Positions 1 through 7,291 of a DNA stretch of 64,000 nucleotides are shown piece after piece; the stretch's first letter is position 1; every line of letters starts with the position of its first letter. The stretch comes from an uncultured Actinomycetes bacterium (GTDB taxonomy: Bacteria > Actinomycetota > Thermoleophilia > Gaiellales > Gaiellaceae). A program made the position numbers and the translations under genes. The notes below the pieces were generated by a model. It saw nothing but the letters and a program-made list of their open reading frames with translations, did not search any database and was not told the origin of the DNA. Location of the stretch: NCBI GenBank assembly GCA_963821365.1, contig CAWGDT010000026.1, positions 19,295 to 83,294 on the forward strand, written 5' to 3'.

Positions 1-111
1 GCTGACGACCGCGCTCGCGAGGTGGCTCATCGAGCCGGAGCGGTCGAGGACGAATGCGACGTGGAGCGCGTCGCCCTTCGGGGTCTTGCCGTTCTTGCTG
101 TTCTTGGCCAT
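1..111 (-). CDS. vWA domain-containing protein, N-terminal part (runs off the window edge)
   Basis: Hand translation from ATG at 111: MAKNSKNGKTPKGDALHVAFVLDRSGSMSHLASAVVS. Contains the MIDAS DxSxS motif (DRSGS) after a hydrophobic strand. Purine-rich RBS (aaggaagagg) upstream. Not in the supplied ORF track. Confidence 0.8.
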   Translation of the reverse strand, partial: MAKNSKNGKTPKGDALHVAFVLDRSGSMSHLASAVVS

Positions 112-238
112 TGGCGCCTCTTCCTTAGGGGTCGAAGAGGAGTCAGTCCCGGGCCGCGCGGATCTTACGTCAGCTGTCGCGCCGGACGGTGACGGCGGAG
201 CCCTCGAGTCCCGAGGTACCGTTTGCCACGACGCGGCG

Positions 239-817
239 TCAGGCGCCTGGGTCAGCGCCGAGGAAGAGCGCGTCGACCTCGTCCGGCGGGTCTGGCTCGG
301 ACGTCGACGCCGAGAGGGTCGGCAGCTCGCTCGGGTCGAAGAGCTTGTCGGCGCGGTACATCGGCTTCGCCTGAACGAGCATCGTGTCGATGCGCGGTGC
401 GATCAGCGACCAGCGCGGACGGCCCAGGAGGCCGGTGATCGCGTCCCACACGGACGCCGCGACGCGCGACGGATCGAGGACGCCGCCTTCCAGCTGTTGG
501 TAGTAGCGGCGCACCTTCGGGCGAGCCTCCGGTGGGACATCGCACGCCGTGACGATCGCGTCGACCACGTCGTCGACCTTGAGCGCCTTCGCGACGCGTG
601 CGCGCGTCATCGGCGGGTCGTCGAGCGAGCGCACGTATGCGAGCGACTCGTCCGTGGGCGCGCGGCGCGGGGCGCGGAGCAGGAACGTCTCGATCAGCGG
701 CGCCAGCTCGTCCGCGCGGTCGCCGGCCTTCGCCAGCGTGCCCTCGACGTCGAGCGGCTCGCCGCGGGCGTGCCGGCGCGCGAGCTCGTCGAGCAGGGTG
801 TCGAGCTCGACCTTCAT
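239..817 (-). CDS. Hypothetical soluble protein, candidate anti-sigma/XRE-like HTH partner of the adjacent sigma factor
   Basis: MKVELDTLLDELARRHARG... Its ATG overlaps the reconstructed sigma stop (ATGA). The central RARVAKALKVDDVVDAI...KVRRYYQQLEGG segment looks like an XRE-type HTH. No transmembrane segment. Confidence 0.65.
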   Translation of the reverse strand: MKVELDTLLDELARRHARGEPLDVEGTLAKAGDRADELAPLIETFLLRAPRRAPTDESLAYVRSLDDPPMTRARVAKALKVDDVVDAIVTACDVPPEARPKVRRYYQQLEGGVLDPSRVAASVWDAITGLLGRPRWSLIAPRIDTMLVQAKPMYRADKLFDPSELPTLSASTSEPDPPDEVDALFLGADPGA

Positions 818-1351
818 TCCTCGAGCCACTCTCGCAACTTCGCCTTGTTCCGGCTGATCGCCTGGTACACCGCGTTCGGCTTCTTGTCGAGTCGCTCGGC
901 GATCTCGGCGGGCTCGAGCGCCCTCGAGGTACGAGAGCCGGGCGACCTCGCCGTCGCCGGGCGGCAGCGTCGCGACGAACTGCTCGAGCGTCACCTGGAT
1001 GACGATGTCGGCCGCCGCGTCGATGTCGGCGCCGTCCGGCTCGAGGAACTCGTGCTCGTACCAACCCGGCTCGTGCCAGCCGTTGCAGACCCAGCCGATC
1101 ACGCTGTGGACGATGACGCGGAACGGAAACCGGCCGTCGCGATGCTTCCCCGCCTTGAGCTCGCGCCACAACCGCTCGCAGACCGCCTGAGCCGCGTCCT
1201 CGCCGACCGGGCCGCCCAGCTTCGTGACGCAGCGCCCGCGGATCGTCTCGACCCAGCCCGCGAGCAGGAGCTGGACTTCCCCGTTTTCCAGCAGTCGCTT
1301 GTCCTCGGCATCTCGCGCATCGCTCATCGAGAGGTGAGTCACGTCGGACAC
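814..1351 (-). CDS. ECF-type sigma-70 factor-like protein with an apparent +1 frameshift near 919
   Basis: Region-2-like EDAAQAVCERLWR. Removing one base near 919 gives a region-4 HTH, LSYLEGLEPAEIAERLDKKPNAVYQAISRNKAKLREWLEE*, ending at 814. TAAGAT lies 6 nt before GTG 1351. Confidence 0.65.
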
Positions 1352-1395
1352 GGGCGGATCTTACGAAGCGCCGGCGCTACGCCTGCGACCGCCGA

Positions 1396-1674
1396 CTACT
1401 CGGCGTAGTACTCCCGCCACTTACGCTCCATCGCGGCGTTGTCCTCGATCCGGGCCTGGCGGATGGCGTCCGTTGCGCTGATGTCCGACCTCGCCTTGCC
1501 CTTGAGGATCCCGCGGAGCGCCTCGATCGGGTTCTCGGACACCGGTCGGAGAATGATCCGCTCGCCCTCGTCGATGATGAGCACGCTCGAGGCGCCCCAG
1601 CGCCTGCGGATCTCCGCGGGGATCGATATCCGGCCGGAGCTCGTGATCCGATGTCGCCAAACCTTGGGCTCCAT
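1396..1674 (-). CDS. AbrB/MazE/SpoVT-family DNA-binding protein
   Basis: MEPKVWRHRITSSGRISIPAEIRRRWG...VLIIDEGERIILRPV matches the swapped-hairpin motif (GRIxIPxExR). It is the C-terminal 92 aa of the listed 1396..2271 ORF. Confidence 0.85.
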   Translation of the reverse strand: MEPKVWRHRITSSGRISIPAEIRRRWGASSVLIIDEGERIILRPVSENPIEALRGILKGKARSDISATDAIRQARIEDNAAMERKWREYYAE

Positions 1675-1746
1675 GTCGGCATTGTGCTCCTTCCGTAAGA
1701 CGCTAGGCCCTCGCGGCGGACTCCTTGGAGACGAAAGGAGAACGCC

Positions 1747-2682
1747 ATGCCACTCGACACCTTCCAGCTCGGCGAGCCCGTGGAGCACCGCGGGATCGTC
1801 GTCACACCGCTCTTCCCGAAGCAGGACCCGGTCGCGGCGTACATCACGCTCGACGAGGCGCTGCCGCGCGGGTTCCACATCGACGAGACGTCCGACGCGG
1901 GGTCCGTGCCGGAGCTCGTCGTCGAGAACCCGACGGACGCGCGGGTGCTGCTCTACGACGGCGAGGAGCTCGTCGGCGCCAAGCAGGACCGGATCCTCAA
2001 CGTGAGCGTCCTCGTCGAGGCGGGCGCGAAGCTGCCGATCCCCGTCTCGTGCGTCGAGCAGGGCCGCTGGCACCGGCGCAGCGCCGCGTTCGGGTCTGCC
2101 GACCACATCTCGCACTCGCACCTCCGGCGCCGCAAGGCGCAGATGCTCGCGGCGCAGCCACTCGCCCTCGGCGCCGCCCAGGGCGAGGTGTGGGACGAGC
2201 TGAACGCGAAGCAGACGCGCATGCGCGTCGACTCCGACACGTCGGCCAGCCGGGACACGTTCGAGGCGCACCGGGGCGCGCTCCGCGCGCTCGAGGGTGC
2301 GTTCGCGCTCGTTCCCGGACAGTGCGGCGCGGTGCTCGCGCTCGGCGACGACCTGTGCCTCGACGCGGTGTCGCGGCCCGACGCGTTCGCGCTCCTCTGG
2401 CCGAAGCTCAGGGCCGGGTACCTGCTCGACGCGCTCGAGCGGCTCGACGGCCGTGCGACGTCGGTCGAGCGCATCTCGGCGTTCGTCGACGAGGTGTCGG
2501 CGGCGCGCGCGACACGCGGGCCGTCGGCGGGGCTCGGCGAGGACGTGCGCCTCCGCGGCACCGGCGTGATCGGGTCGGGGCTCGCGCTCGCGGAGGAGAC
2601 GATCCAGCTCTCCGCCTTCACGAGCGACGACGGCGGCGAGCGGGCCTTCGGACGGATCGCGCGGCCGAGCCGGCGCCGCTGA
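1747..2682 (+). CDS. ARPP-1 family (DUF6569) protein
   Basis: YITLDEAL...GSVPELVVEN...VLLYDGEELVGAKQDRILNVSVLV...IPVSCVEQGRW is the pattern I recall for this family. Good RBS (gaaaggag). Confidence 0.8.
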   Translation: MPLDTFQLGEPVEHRGIVVTPLFPKQDPVAAYITLDEALPRGFHIDETSDAGSVPELVVENPTDARVLLYDGEELVGAKQDRILNVSVLVEAGAKLPIPVSCVEQGRWHRRSAAFGSADHISHSHLRRRKAQMLAAQPLALGAAQGEVWDELNAKQTRMRVDSDTSASRDTFEAHRGALRALEGAFALVPGQCGAVLALGDDLCLDAVSRPDAFALLWPKLRAGYLLDALERLDGRATSVERISAFVDEVSAARATRGPSAGLGEDVRLRGTGVIGSGLALAEETIQLSAFTSDDGGERAFGRIARPSRRR

Positions 2683-2692
2683 GCCCGAGGAT

Positions 2693-2785
2693 CGGCCGCG
2701 CCGCCGCGACGCTCGCCCGACGACATGTCGGCAGGATCTCTCGGGGGAGAGATCCCGGGGCGGGCGATCGCCGGCGGCGCGGCCG
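2693..2785. other. Nested inverted-repeat intergenic structure
   Basis: 14-bp outer stem (2693-2706/2772-2785), 7-bp stem (2713-2719/2761-2767), inner 9-bp hairpin GGATCTCTC-GGGG-GAGAGATCC (2734-2755) and palindrome CGACATGTCG (2721-2730). Confidence 0.6.
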
Positions 2786-2824
2786 GTGCAGACCAGCAGC
2801 GGCCGCCGATTACACTCGGCGGCC

Positions 2825-3562
2825 GTGACCTACTGCCTCGCGATGCGGCTCGAGGAGGGGCTCGTGTTCCTCTCCGACACGCGCACGAACGCGGGGCTCG
2901 ACGACGTCAGCACGTACCGGAAGCTCCACGTCTTCCGGCCCGCAGCGGACCGGCTGCTCGTCCTCCAGTCCGCCGGCAATCTCGCGACGACGCAGGAGGT
3001 GCTCGATCGCATCGCGGCCGACCTCGAGGCGGGCGACGGGCGCGAGAGCCTCGCCACGGTCGGCCACCTGTTCGAGGCTGCGCTGTACGTCGGTCGTCTC
3101 GGCAGAGAGGTGGCCGACGGGCATCGGGAGGCGCTCGGCGACGGCGGGACGGCGACGTTCATCCTCGGCGGTCAGATCGGCGAGGCCGCGCCGGACATCC
3201 TGCTCGTCTATCCGGAGGGGAACTACATCCGCGCCTCCGACGACCGGCCGTTCCTCCAGATCGGCGAGAGCAAGTACGGCAAGTTCATGCTCGACGTCGC
3301 AGTCCTCGCACAGACCGATCTCCCGACGTCGCTCAAGATCGCCCTGGGCTCGATGATGAGCACGGCGCGCGCGAACCTCTCCGTCGGTCCGCCCTACGAC
3401 GCCGCCGTCTACCGAAACGGCAGCTTCGACCTCGACGAGCACCGGTTCACGGCCGAGTCGACCGTCCTCGGCGAGCTGCGCGAGGTCTGGGAGCGGAACA
3501 TCCTGGAAGCCGTCGGCCAGCTCCCGGACGTCCAGCTGTCCGAGCAGCGGGCCGACGGCTGA
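2825..3562 (+). CDS. Anbu proteasome-type protease (Ntn hydrolase)
   Basis: (M)TYCLAMRLEEGLVFLSDTRTNAG...YRKLHVF...SAGNLATTQ...QIGESKYGK. Catalytic Thr1 is exposed after Met removal. Confidence 0.9.
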   Translation: MTYCLAMRLEEGLVFLSDTRTNAGLDDVSTYRKLHVFRPAADRLLVLQSAGNLATTQEVLDRIAADLEAGDGRESLATVGHLFEAALYVGRLGREVADGHREALGDGGTATFILGGQIGEAAPDILLVYPEGNYIRASDDRPFLQIGESKYGKFMLDVAVLAQTDLPTSLKIALGSMMSTARANLSVGPPYDAAVYRNGSFDLDEHRFTAESTVLGELREVWERNILEAVGQLPDVQLSEQRADG

Positions 3563-3572
3563 GCGGCGCGGG

Positions 3573-4310
3573 CTAGTCCACGTCGGCCCCCCGCATCGTC
3601 TCGAGGGCACCCCGCAGGATCCGCGAGATCTGCATCTGCGAGACGCCGAGGCGGCTCGCGATCTCGTCCTGCGTCAGGTCGGCGAAGAAGCGGAGGTAGA
3701 CGACCATCCGCTCGCGGCGATCGAGGCAGGCGAGGCGGTCGGTCACGTCCGCCCGGGCTTCCGAGCGGCGGAGCTCCGACACAGGCGACGGCAGGTCGCT
3801 CTCGAGCGGGACGACGCCTGCCGTGGCCGCCTCCGCGGCCGCCTCCTCGCCCACTCCCGCCCGCTCCGCCAGCGCCGCGAGGCCCGGCTCGGTGCCCGTC
3901 TCCGCCCGCGCCTCGTCCGCGAGAGCCCGCAGCCGCGACCGCAGCTCGTGCACCGGCTCGGGGAGACGGAGACAGGACGAGCGGTCGCGGAGGTGATGGC
4001 GGATCTCGCCGGCGACGACCGCACCGGCATAGGCCTGGAAAGGCACGCCGCGCCGCGGGTCGAATCGCCGGATCGCCTTCAGCAGCCCGACGACGCCCTC
4101 CTGGACGAGGTCGTCGACCTGGTCGGGATGCGCCGCGTGCCTCCGCGCGAGGTGACGGACGAGCCCGAGGTGCCCGGTCACGAGCGCGTCGAGCGCGTCG
4201 GGATCGTCGTGCTCGCGCACGGCGGAGACGAGCCGTGCATCGCGGCCGTTCCGCTCGTCGTCGGCGGTGCGGGCCGCCGGCATGTGCCGGCGGCCCGTCC
4301 CCTCTGTCAC
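3573..4310 (-). CDS. SigB/SigF-type (group 3) sigma-70 factor
   Basis: DDLVQEGVVGLLKAIRRFDPRRGVPFQAYA...GEIRHHLRD, and region 4 DLTQDEIASRLGVSQMQISR. Confidence 0.9.
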   Translation of the reverse strand: MTEGTGRRHMPAARTADDERNGRDARLVSAVREHDDPDALDALVTGHLGLVRHLARRHAAHPDQVDDLVQEGVVGLLKAIRRFDPRRGVPFQAYAGAVVAGEIRHHLRDRSSCLRLPEPVHELRSRLRALADEARAETGTEPGLAALAERAGVGEEAAAEAATAGVVPLESDLPSPVSELRRSEARADVTDRLACLDRRERMVVYLRFFADLTQDEIASRLGVSQMQISRILRGALETMRGADVD

Positions 4311-4335
4311 CGCGTTCCCTTCACGTCCTCCTTTC

Positions 4336-5802
4336 TCAGCACGGCTTGCACCGCTCCGGAGCCGGCTTCCGGGGGAACGGCACGAGGGCGAGGTTCAGCG
4401 CGCCCTCCTGCTTCGCGACGGACGCGGCGTGCGCGGTCTGCTCCGTCTGGTTGTCGTTCGACGCCGACTGCGTCTGGTCGACGTCGCCGCCCGTGGCGTC
4501 GCCCGAGCGCGCGTCGCCGCTGTGCTCCGGCTTGCCGGGCTTCGGCTTGGCCTTGCCGCAGCCGGGCTTGGGCTTCGGCTGCGGATGCCCGGAGGGCTTG
4601 CAGCAGCCACCGCCGGCGGTTGCGTCACCGGTCGTGGCGTCGCCGCCGACACCCTTCTGCGACTGCTCGTTCGACTGGCCGGTGTGGTTCGAGTTCCCGG
4701 CCCAGGCGTCGCCCGAGCTGTTCGTGTTGGACTGCTCGACGTCACCTGTCTTGCAGTGCCAGGCGACGCAGACCGGCGCGGCGACGTTCACCGGCGCGAT
4801 CTGGATCGCTTTCGACTTGGCGTATGCGTCCTGCGACGTCGAGTTCGAGTTGGACGCCGACTGCGACTGCGTGACGTCGCCGCCGTAGGCGTTCCCGCTC
4901 GTCGCATCGCCCGCCGAGCCACAGCAGCTGCCCGAACCGGTGGTTGCGTCACCGGTCGAGGCGTCGCCGCCGTAGCCCTGCTGGGCTCTGCTCGTTCGAC
5001 TGGCCGGTGGTGTTCTTGTTCCCGGCCCACGCGTCGCCCGAGCTGTTCGCGTTCGACTGCTCGACGTCGCCCGTCGTGCAGTACACCGCGACGCAGACCG
5101 GCACGGATGCGTTCACCGGAAGCGTCTGCTCGGCCTTCGACTTCGCCGACGCGGTCTGCGTCGTCTCGTTCGAGTTCGAGGCCGTCTGGGACTGCGTGAC
5201 GTCGCCCCCGGGGCGTCGCCGGACGTCGCATCGCCGGAGCCGCCGGTGGTTGCGTCACCGGTGGTGGCGTCGCCGCCGACACCCTTCTGGGACTGCTCGT
5301 TCGACTGGCCGGTCTTGTTGACGTTCCCGGCCCACGCGTCGCCCGAGCTGTTCGTGTTCGACTGCTCGACCGAGCCCGTGTCGCACGACACCGCGACACA
5401 GATCGGCACAGCGACGTTCACGGGCAGCGTCTGCTCGGCCTTCGACTCCGCAGACGCCTCCTGCGACGTCGTGTTCGAGTTCGTCGCTTCCTGCGACTGG
5501 GTGACGTCGCCGCCGTAGGCGTCGCCGCTCGTCGCATCGCCCGCCGAGCCACAGCAGCTGCCCCCGCCGGTGGTTGCGTCACCGGTCGAGGCGTCGCCGC
5601 CGTAGCCCTGCTGGCTCTGGTCGTTCGACTGCCACGTTCCGTTCGCGTTCGACGCGGACGCGTCTCCCGCGGTGTTCGTGTTCTGCTGGGTCGTCCCGGT
5701 GACCGTTTGCACAACGCCTCCGAGACCACCGCCTGCCGCCGCAGGGCTCACCCCGACGGTCAGTGCGATACACGTGATCGCAGCGATCACATACCGCTTC
5801 AT
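4336..5802 (-). CDS. Secreted Q/N/S/T/G-rich repeat protein (amyloid/beta-solenoid-like) with two compensating frameshifts near 5212 and 4985
   Basis: Signal peptide MKRYVIAAITCIALTVGVSPAAA. About three ~95-aa repeats containing QSNxNSSGDAWAGN, GGDVTQSQ and PVNxAVPxCVAxxC. The start and end segments share a frame, with the middle segment shifted. Confidence 0.75.
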
Positions 5803-5869
5803 GTCGTTTCTCCTTTCGAGCTCGTTGAGACCCGGGCGGATGCCCGGATCGACCGGAAGCGCGCGGGCG

Positions 5870-7168
5870 CTATCCGGGGAGCTCGAGCGAGAAGACGAGC
5901 GGTGCCGGCCTCACGCGATCCGCGAGCGCACGCACACGCCAGCGGATCGCGGGCGCAACGAGCCGGAACGGCCTCGTCGTGACCGCGGTGGTGGAGGAAG
6001 GCGAGTGTCCGCCGCTTCCGGCGGACGAAGTCGAGAGAAGCACCGCGCCGACCGCGAAGAGGCCGCCGAGGAAGGCGAGATCGAGGCCGCGCGGGATCAT
6101 CGGTCCTGACCGGGTGATGGCGGTCGCACGCGCGGAGGGCGCGAGGTCACGGGCCGACACGGCCGACGACCATCCGGGCGCGCCGGAGGTCGCCGCTTCG
6201 TCACCGGCCGGCAGGGGGCGCGCCGGAGCGACGCCCGCGAGCGTCGGCCACGCCGGCGGGGCGCCGCCCGCCCCGCCGGGCGCGGCCGAGCTGCTCGCCG
6301 GCACCTGGTCGTCGCGCGTGCCGGCGGCCGTCTCGGCGCCGTCGGGCGCGACGGCGCCGGTCGGAAGGTCGCCTGCGACGGTGACCACGATGGTCGTGGC
6401 GGCGGTCGCGGTCTTCTGCGCGACGGGCACGATCGTCTGCGCTATCGGCGCGGCTGTCCGCGCAACCGGCGCGGTCGTCCGCGCGACCTTCGTGACCACG
6501 CGCGAGACGACCGGAGCCGTCGACCTTACGACCGGAGCCGTCGCCCCCACGACCGGCGTCACGGTGTCCCCGACGACGGCTGCTGCCTGCTCGACGACCG
6601 GCGCCGTGGTCTCTGCGACCGCCGCGACGACCGGCGCAGCAGTCTCGGCCACCGTGCGGACGACGGGTGCGGCCGCGTCGGCCGCCGTACGGACGACAGG
6701 CGCAGCGGTCTCGGCCACGGTCCTGACCACGGGCGCCGCGGTCTCCGCCGCGGTGCGGACGACCGGCGCGGTCGCCTTCGCAGCCGCCTCGACGACCGGA
6801 GCGGCCGCCTGCGCGACCGGCGCGACGACGGCCGCGGCCTGCTCGACGACGGGCTCGACGGCCTGGGCGACCGGCGTCACCGCCTGGGTGACAGGGGCTG
6901 CCGCCTGGACGACCGGCGCTGCCGCCTGCGTGACGGGGGCTGCCGCCTGGGTAACGGGCGCGGCCGCCTGCGTCACGGGCGCCGCAGCCTGCGTGACCGG
7001 CGCAACCGCGTTCGTGACCGGCGCCACAGCCTGGGTGACCGGCGCGACAGCCTGGGTGACCGGCGCGACGGCACCGGAGAGGAGCCCGTCGCCGGCCGAG
7101 GCATTGCCGGCGCAGACGAACGCCGCGAGTGTCGCGGCTGGAAGCACCAGGGATTTCGGTCGTCTCAT
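5870..7168 (-). CDS. Secreted or membrane A/V/P/T-rich repeat protein
   Basis: Signal peptide ending in ASA, APVTQA(V/A) heptads, APVVRTxAETA 11-mers, a late hydrophobic segment (LAFLGGLFAVGAVLL) and C-terminus SLELPG. Confidence 0.75.
   Translation of the reverse strand: MRRPKSLVLPAATLAAFVCAGNASAGDGLLSGAVAPVTQAVAPVTQAVAPVTNAVAPVTQAAAPVTQAAAPVTQAAAPVTQAAAPVVQAAAPVTQAVTPVAQAVEPVVEQAAAVVAPVAQAAAPVVEAAAKATAPVVRTAAETAAPVVRTVAETAAPVVRTAADAAAPVVRTVAETAAPVVAAVAETTAPVVEQAAAVVGDTVTPVVGATAPVVRSTAPVVSRVVTKVARTTAPVARTAAPIAQTIVPVAQKTATAATTIVVTVAGDLPTGAVAPDGAETAAGTRDDQVPASSSAAPGGAGGAPPAWPTLAGVAPARPLPAGDEAATSGAPGWSSAVSARDLAPSARATAITRSGPMIPRGLDLAFLGGLFAVGAVLLSTSSAGSGGHSPSSTTAVTTRPFRLVAPAIRWRVRALADRVRPAPLVFSLELPG
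6410..7066 (-). repeat. Coding tandem repeats of 21 bp (7 aa) and 33 bp (11 aa)
   Basis: Ten consecutive APVTQAV/APVTQAA-type heptads, followed by about six APVVRT(A/V)AETA-type 11-mers and further degenerate units. Confidence 0.85.
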
Positions 7169-7291
7169 CGCGATGGCCTGATCGTACGAACCGGTTCCAG
7201 CGAAGGGAATACCGGCGTGGGCGCCGTTTCAAACATCCGTTCCCCGCCGTCGGGCGAGCGTCGAGGCCGGGCAGGCTGGTCTACTACCGCC

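Noticed and set aside
239-1351. 370-aa sigma/anti-sigma fusion
   Set aside because: A single-base correction restores the sigma region-4 HTH, a stop at 814 and an ATGA-coupled second gene.
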